Shown: positions 59,886 to 64,000 of the stretch, one piece after another
Layout of the letters: each line of letters opens with the position of its first letter
Numbering within the stretch: the first letter of the stretch is position 1
Origin: Nitrospirota bacterium
Lineage (GTDB): Bacteria > Nitrospirota > UBA9217
Direction of reading: 5' to 3'
Length of the DNA stretch: 64,000 nt
NCBI GenBank assembly: GCA_963663225.1
Contig: OY760142.1
Location: 448,001-512,000 of the forward strand
Program-made: the position numbers and the translations under genes
The notes under the pieces: model-generated
Seen by the model: the letters and a program-made list of their open reading frames with translations, nothing else
What the model was told of the DNA's origin: nothing
Databases searched by the model: none

Positions 59886-60114
59886 TACTATTACCTCTTC
59901 GCAGCGTTATCTTAGACATGGGATTACTCTCCTCTTCTTTATGATTAATAATTTTTTCAATCTCGTTCCAAATAAACAGAATTTTCCTGCCGCCGAAAGG
60001 TTTGATGTAATGAATCCCTTTTTTAAATATCTTGTCCTTCATGCGCTCGCGGATATACTTGGGATCGTATTTAATCCGTGTGCTGAGTTCCTCCGTAGTG
60101 AGGTATAAGCTCAT
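59878..60114 (-). CDS. Excisionase/recombination directionality factor-like protein
   Basis: YLTTEELS.RIKY, GIHYIKPFGGRKILFIW; overlaps the integrase start. Confidence 0.72.
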   Translation of the reverse strand: MSLYLTTEELSTRIKYDPKYIRERMKDKIFKKGIHYIKPFGGRKILFIWNEIEKIINHKEEESNPMSKITLRRGNSNG

Positions 60115-60166
60115 TTTTCTCCTTTCTCGTTTCTTTCTCGTTTGTTTGTCGTGATACCTTTCTTAA

Positions 60167-60433
60167 TTATCTGTTAAGCTTTGTTTCTTCCCTGACCGTT
60201 TCATAAGCTCTCCTGATCATGGTTTTAGTTATGAACTTGTTATTCGGATTTTTCTGCAGTTCCTCGTATACATCATCTGGAATGATTTGGATCTTTTGAT
60301 TTTTGTTACCAATTTCCTCACCTGCCATTTTTCTTGCTAAATCTAGAAGTCTCAATTGACATGCCCTATCAAGACTTCCAATAATCTTTTCAAAATAAAG
60401 GTATTCCGTTCCTTTGATGCATATTTGGTTCAT
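60167..60433 (-). CDS. Hypothetical protein
   Basis: AAGGAGAG RBS; first gene after a consensus promoter. Confidence 0.6.
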   Translation of the reverse strand: MNQICIKGTEYLYFEKIIGSLDRACQLRLLDLARKMAGEEIGNKNQKIQIIPDDVYEELQKNPNNKFITKTMIRRAYETVREETKLNR

Positions 60434-60576
60434 TTAATCACTCTCCTTTTTTCTAATGGTTCATTTTATTTGACTACTAATACTTCCTGCCGTTTAGATC
60501 CTAGTTTAGTAATTGAGAACTTTTTTTCTATATGCTACCTCCTTTTTAGTACTATACTACTTTACTACTTGATTTA

Positions 60577-60605
60577 ATTATATAGCGCCCTATTATTTAT
60601 GTCAA
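60577..60605 (-). promoter_or_regulatory. Consensus sigma70 promoter for the xis-int-cas4 operon
   Basis: TTGACA (60600-60605), N17, TATAAT (60577-60582). Confidence 0.8.
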
Positions 60606-60673
60606 GTAATATTTATTGACTTACTACAAGTAGTATGATAAAAAACGTCATAATATGCGTAGAGAGGTGGAGC

Positions 60674-60841
60674 ATGGCGGAAAGACGAACGTTTTCTGTG
60701 AGAGTAGATCCCGATATTTGGAAAGAAGCAAGAAAACTCGCTGTAGATAAGGAAACTACTTTGTCAGAATTGGTCGAGGAAGCGATTCAGGACGTGCTAA
60801 AGAAGAACGGTGTTGAAATCAAAAAGCAATCGAAAAAATAA
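60674..60841 (+). CDS. Ribbon-helix-helix DNA-binding protein
   Basis: TFSVRVDPDIWKEARKLAV....LSELVEEAI; RBS GAGGTGG. Confidence 0.8.
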   Translation: MAERRTFSVRVDPDIWKEARKLAVDKETTLSELVEEAIQDVLKKNGVEIKKQSKK

Positions 60842-60873
60842 CGTTTTTTTTAAGACATAGCATAGTATTATGA

Positions 60874-61093
60874 TTCCAGAGGGGCGACATCATCGTGAGC
60901 CCGCACGACAAGGCGATGTCCGGAGATTATGTTGTTGCGAAGAATGACGAAGATGAGGCGACGTTCAAACAGTGCAAGAGGTTCAGCGACACCAGAATCC
61001 TCCATCCCCTGAACCCGAAATACCAAGACATCGTGCTTAACAAAAACCTGGAGTATCGAATTGCCGGGTGGTGATGGAGAAGAAGAGGTATAA
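60874..61093 (+). pseudogene. Remnant of S24 peptidase domain of a CI/LexA-like repressor
   Basis: GDIIVSP...SGDYVVA..D.DEATFK....ILHPLNPKY...YRIAG, then a frameshift to VVMEKK; no start, no HTH. Confidence 0.7.
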
Positions 61094-61104
61094 ACAAGTT
61101 GCTA

Positions 61105-63687
61105 TCAAATTAAAACCATCTGCTTAGAAACAATCTCTTTCATCCAATCCGGTATACGGCCGAGAGGTAAATTTTTAAGCTCGCCTGGCTCCACTTTGTG
61201 CAGCCCTCCACCATATGCCCGCCCAACACGCAAGAATTCCTCGGATGATATCGCATTAAGAATAGCAAAAAGCTCTTTCATGCGTTGCGGCTCGGCGTTG
61301 AGCAGTGTCATGAGCGCCGGCTTCGGATAAAGATGTAAGAAGACATTCGTTGTGATTGCCTGAGAGTAATTTAATATAAAACGAATAGGAGCTTTGCTGT
61401 CTCCATTTGTACGACCCATGTATGTCACCATAAATGGCGACGGAGCTCTCTTCTCCTGAAAGTACCATACCTCTTTATTTGCACATAAGTAGTGTTCATG
61501 TATGCCTTCTTTCCGCCCCTTTTGAAAGTAAGACCATAAACCAGAAAACCGAGCACGCACCACACTAGGCGGAAGATTGCAGTCCAAGAGATATTTATAG
61601 TTTTCAATATTCGGTGATCCGTCCGGCTTCGCCTCAATGATGTCCTGAGTCAAATAACGAGGACTTGGAAGTATCGGCTTTAGAAATTGCCAGGGTATTG
61701 AATATTTTTCAATGAGATTCCGAGAGATTATGAAATATTCATTTGCTCCCGTTGCGATTCCACGCCGAACCATGAAGAAGTCGTCTATGGTAAATTGATC
61801 CTGTAGCGCTGTTTCATCCTGTTCAAAATGAAGGAGCGTCCACTTTTGGACACTATCGCGGCCACAAAGATCAACAACTTTTTCCTCCTCGGGGTGGGAG
61901 ACATTTCCGCCAAATGAAAAATTAAATAATGTTGTACCCTCCGGTCGGCTCTTCCTGTAAGTAACGATACAGGAAGACACGAGCGCATCTTCAAACTGAA
62001 CGGATTCAGGGTTAAATTGATGAATATTCAGTAAAGTAACATGCTTACTTAGATACTCTCTTAACGGCTGGCCGTAGTTTACATATAGGAATTCGGAGGG
62101 AATTAACCAGGAAGCGATAGCATCTTTAGCTAGTAGCGGATCGGAGAGCAAAATGAAATAAATATACAAGCCGGACAGGCCACTCGCATTTAATCCAAGA
62201 TTAGAGCGAACGAGTGATTGCAACTCTTGCTTTAATGCAGGATCAATATGATGGTGCCTGACGTAAGGCGGATTGGTGCAAAGTAGATTGAACCGAGTTC
62301 GGTTCTCGGTTGCTCGCGTAAATTCGAAATAATCCTGAATGAGGACATCAAGCTTCTTGTCCTTGAAAAGCTGTATGGCTATTCTTGCATAGGCTCCGTC
62401 TCGCTCTACACCGACAGCTTCGCGAAGCTGCCGATCACCAATCTCCCGCATTAAAGCCGAATAAAAAACTCCTGATCCGAGTGCTGGTTCAAGAAAGGAA
62501 ACGGGTTGAGCCTGAGGAAGTTCTGCGAGCGAACTCGATACTATTTGGCAAGCAAGAGGATACGGCGTTGAAAACTGTCCAAGAATGTTTCTTTCTTCCC
62601 GTGATTTTTTTTCATCAACGCTTAATTGAAATTTAAACCTTTCTTCTTCGGATACATCCAGCCTTGCTGATTCATGGACCGGATTGATTTCTTTTATACT
62701 GGACGTTTTTTTTTTATCCTTACTCAAAAAGCCATTCAAATCATCAAGTCGATGTTCCCATACCCAGTCTATCCCCTCCGATGCTTCATATCCAAGATAA
62801 CCAGGCTCAAAATAACCACATAAAAGAAGGATAAATTCTACATGGCGACCATAACGCTCCTTCAACTGCGCAAACTTCTGCGCTTCTTCCTTACGCCTCT
62901 TATTTGTATTTGTTGAGTCACCAGCGGATTTGGCTTCTATCAACAATGGAAGTTCTCCTTCGCTTCCATGCTGTGGTTTTACAACGCAATCAATAGGAAT
63001 GTTGACGAGCGACTTTTTCTTACCCGCTGGAACGTTGAGGCGAAAAGTGAAGGTTCCAGCTGGCATAGTGGCTATGTCACGAGCCTTTGCTGTTTCAATC
63101 TCTTTATAACCTTTTCGACGTAGCCATCTTTTAAGCGAAGCAAGCTGACGTTTCTCCTGCGCATTTCTTATGATCGGATCGGCAGTTGCGCCACAAAGTC
63201 TGTCAGCTATCACAGTAGCTGCGCGGTCTCTTTCCGAATCTGAAGGTTCTTCTCCCGAAACAAGCCATGTGAGCAAATCTCTGTCCGCGAGTTCCATTAT
63301 GATCTCGCAAATACTCTGCAGCCCCGCTGTGAGTGCAGTTTTGTCCATTCGGACAGGCAGACGAGGTACTCGTTCATCGCTACCTTCCATCGCTCCTACC
63401 ATAGCCTTATTGAGATGTGCAAGACCGATAAGACGATCTCGCGCTAAAGGCGGTGCAGTGACCATCCGTAGAATAGGAAGAATTCCAGGATTGTCTTTAA
63501 GAACGGCGGGGGTTATTTGAGAAAGGTTCAGAGTCTTCTCAAAAGTATCGAGAACTTCCTTAGTACGAATGATTCGTTGCTTGCGGTAGGTATCGGGGGC
63601 AAAACGTAGAAACCAGTCATTATAGAAGTCAATCGATTGTGCAACATCTGCCTTCCAAAGATGAGTTTTGTCAGAATTTACGGCCAT
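61105..63687 (-). CDS. Fused XamI-family restriction endonuclease and amino-methyltransferase
   Basis: N-half PIIRNAQEKRQL, IEAKSAGD.TNTNKRRKEE, WVWEH; C-half GQFSTP, EPALGSG, NPPY, YGGGLHKVEPGEL. Confidence 0.82.
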   Translation of the reverse strand: MAVNSDKTHLWKADVAQSIDFYNDWFLRFAPDTYRKQRIIRTKEVLDTFEKTLNLSQITPAVLKDNPGILPILRMVTAPPLARDRLIGLAHLNKAMVGAMEGSDERVPRLPVRMDKTALTAGLQSICEIIMELADRDLLTWLVSGEEPSDSERDRAATVIADRLCGATADPIIRNAQEKRQLASLKRWLRRKGYKEIETAKARDIATMPAGTFTFRLNVPAGKKKSLVNIPIDCVVKPQHGSEGELPLLIEAKSAGDSTNTNKRRKEEAQKFAQLKERYGRHVEFILLLCGYFEPGYLGYEASEGIDWVWEHRLDDLNGFLSKDKKKTSSIKEINPVHESARLDVSEEERFKFQLSVDEKKSREERNILGQFSTPYPLACQIVSSSLAELPQAQPVSFLEPALGSGVFYSALMREIGDRQLREAVGVERDGAYARIAIQLFKDKKLDVLIQDYFEFTRATENRTRFNLLCTNPPYVRHHHIDPALKQELQSLVRSNLGLNASGLSGLYIYFILLSDPLLAKDAIASWLIPSEFLYVNYGQPLREYLSKHVTLLNIHQFNPESVQFEDALVSSCIVTYRKSRPEGTTLFNFSFGGNVSHPEEEKVVDLCGRDSVQKWTLLHFEQDETALQDQFTIDDFFMVRRGIATGANEYFIISRNLIEKYSIPWQFLKPILPSPRYLTQDIIEAKPDGSPNIENYKYLLDCNLPPSVVRARFSGLWSYFQKGRKEGIHEHYLCANKEVWYFQEKRAPSPFMVTYMGRTNGDSKAPIRFILNYSQAITTNVFLHLYPKPALMTLLNAEPQRMKELFAILNAISSEEFLRVGRAYGGGLHKVEPGELKNLPLGRIPDWMKEIVSKQMVLI

Positions 63688-63814
63688 CTAGACCCCTCGT
63701 ACATTCAATCATCATGTGCTTAAACACATTGCGGCATGACCACCAATTCCTCAATTATTCTGCACTTTACTACAGGTCAGGAAAAATGTCCAGAAAAGAG
63801 ACGCGGAAACTTAA

Positions 63815-64000
63815 TCATTCGATGAAAACACCAAATTGAGTTTTGTGACTCAAGCGCTGATGTGTGTATACCTCGATGATCATAAAATGCAAGCCGCGAT
63901 AGGCTGTGTCCTCCCAATGGACAATGTTCTCATGTTCTTTCACCGTAGACACGATTTTGTCAGTAACATGATTCCCGCAGATATCTCCCGCTTTGTTACG
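63815..64000 (-). CDS. Possible 3' end of a hypothetical CDS entering from the right edge
   Basis: Open frame from the window edge to TGA at 63815; no recognisable motif. Confidence 0.3.
   Translation of the reverse strand, partial: RNKAGDICGNHVTDKIVSTVKEHENIVHWEDTAYRGLHFMIIEVYTHQRLSHKTQFGVFIE

Larger units (their letters stand above)
57300..64000. mobile_element. Integrative element or genomic island, boundaries uncertain
   Basis: Integrase plus excisionase, RHH regulator, S24 repressor remnant, restriction-modification cargo. Confidence 0.65.

Noticed and set aside
1-64000. Many antisense or nested ORFs in the track (e.g. 30-500, 1395-2300, 39501-40019)
   Set aside because: They are shadows of well-supported minus-strand genes or riboswitches and have no motifs.

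Overview
Bacterial chromosomal window, almost all coded on the minus strand, from a Gram-negative anaerobe (TonB receptor, OMPLA, hopanoid genes, sigma54 promoters; Nitrospirota or delta-proteobacterial style is only a guess). It has five blocks. (1) 1-3.4 kb: btuFCD-btuB cobalamin uptake under two B12 riboswitches. (2) 3.5-22.2 kb: an AT-richer catabolic island with two pyrrolysine-free MtmB-family methyltransferases around a corrinoid protein, a RACE activator, DUF1638, a diol-dehydratase-like glycyl radical enzyme plus activase, DmpFG, a cysteine amidase, two transporters and two paralogous GntR regulators. A shared TGTATACA promoter/operator motif links its operons; it is the best candidate for an undescribed anaerobic pathway. 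(3) 22.5-35.8 kb: pldA, glgP, mlaA, hpnIAKJ, azoreductase and a sigma54 activator. (4) 36.3-55.4 kb: a sigma54-driven sulfur-scavenging island: thiocarboxylate relay genes, a cysN remnant, a sulfonate-type ABC transporter with an atypical radical SAM enzyme, an RLP-cupin-MetY methionine-salvage shunt, and a duplicated attenuator-like RNA, one copy directly after yezD/oscA. (5) 57-64 kb: part of an integrative element with integrase, excisionase, a split membrane-anchored Cas4-like nuclease and a fused XamI-type restriction-methylase with an A10 tract at the domain junction. All family calls come from motifs recognised by eye; no searches were run.
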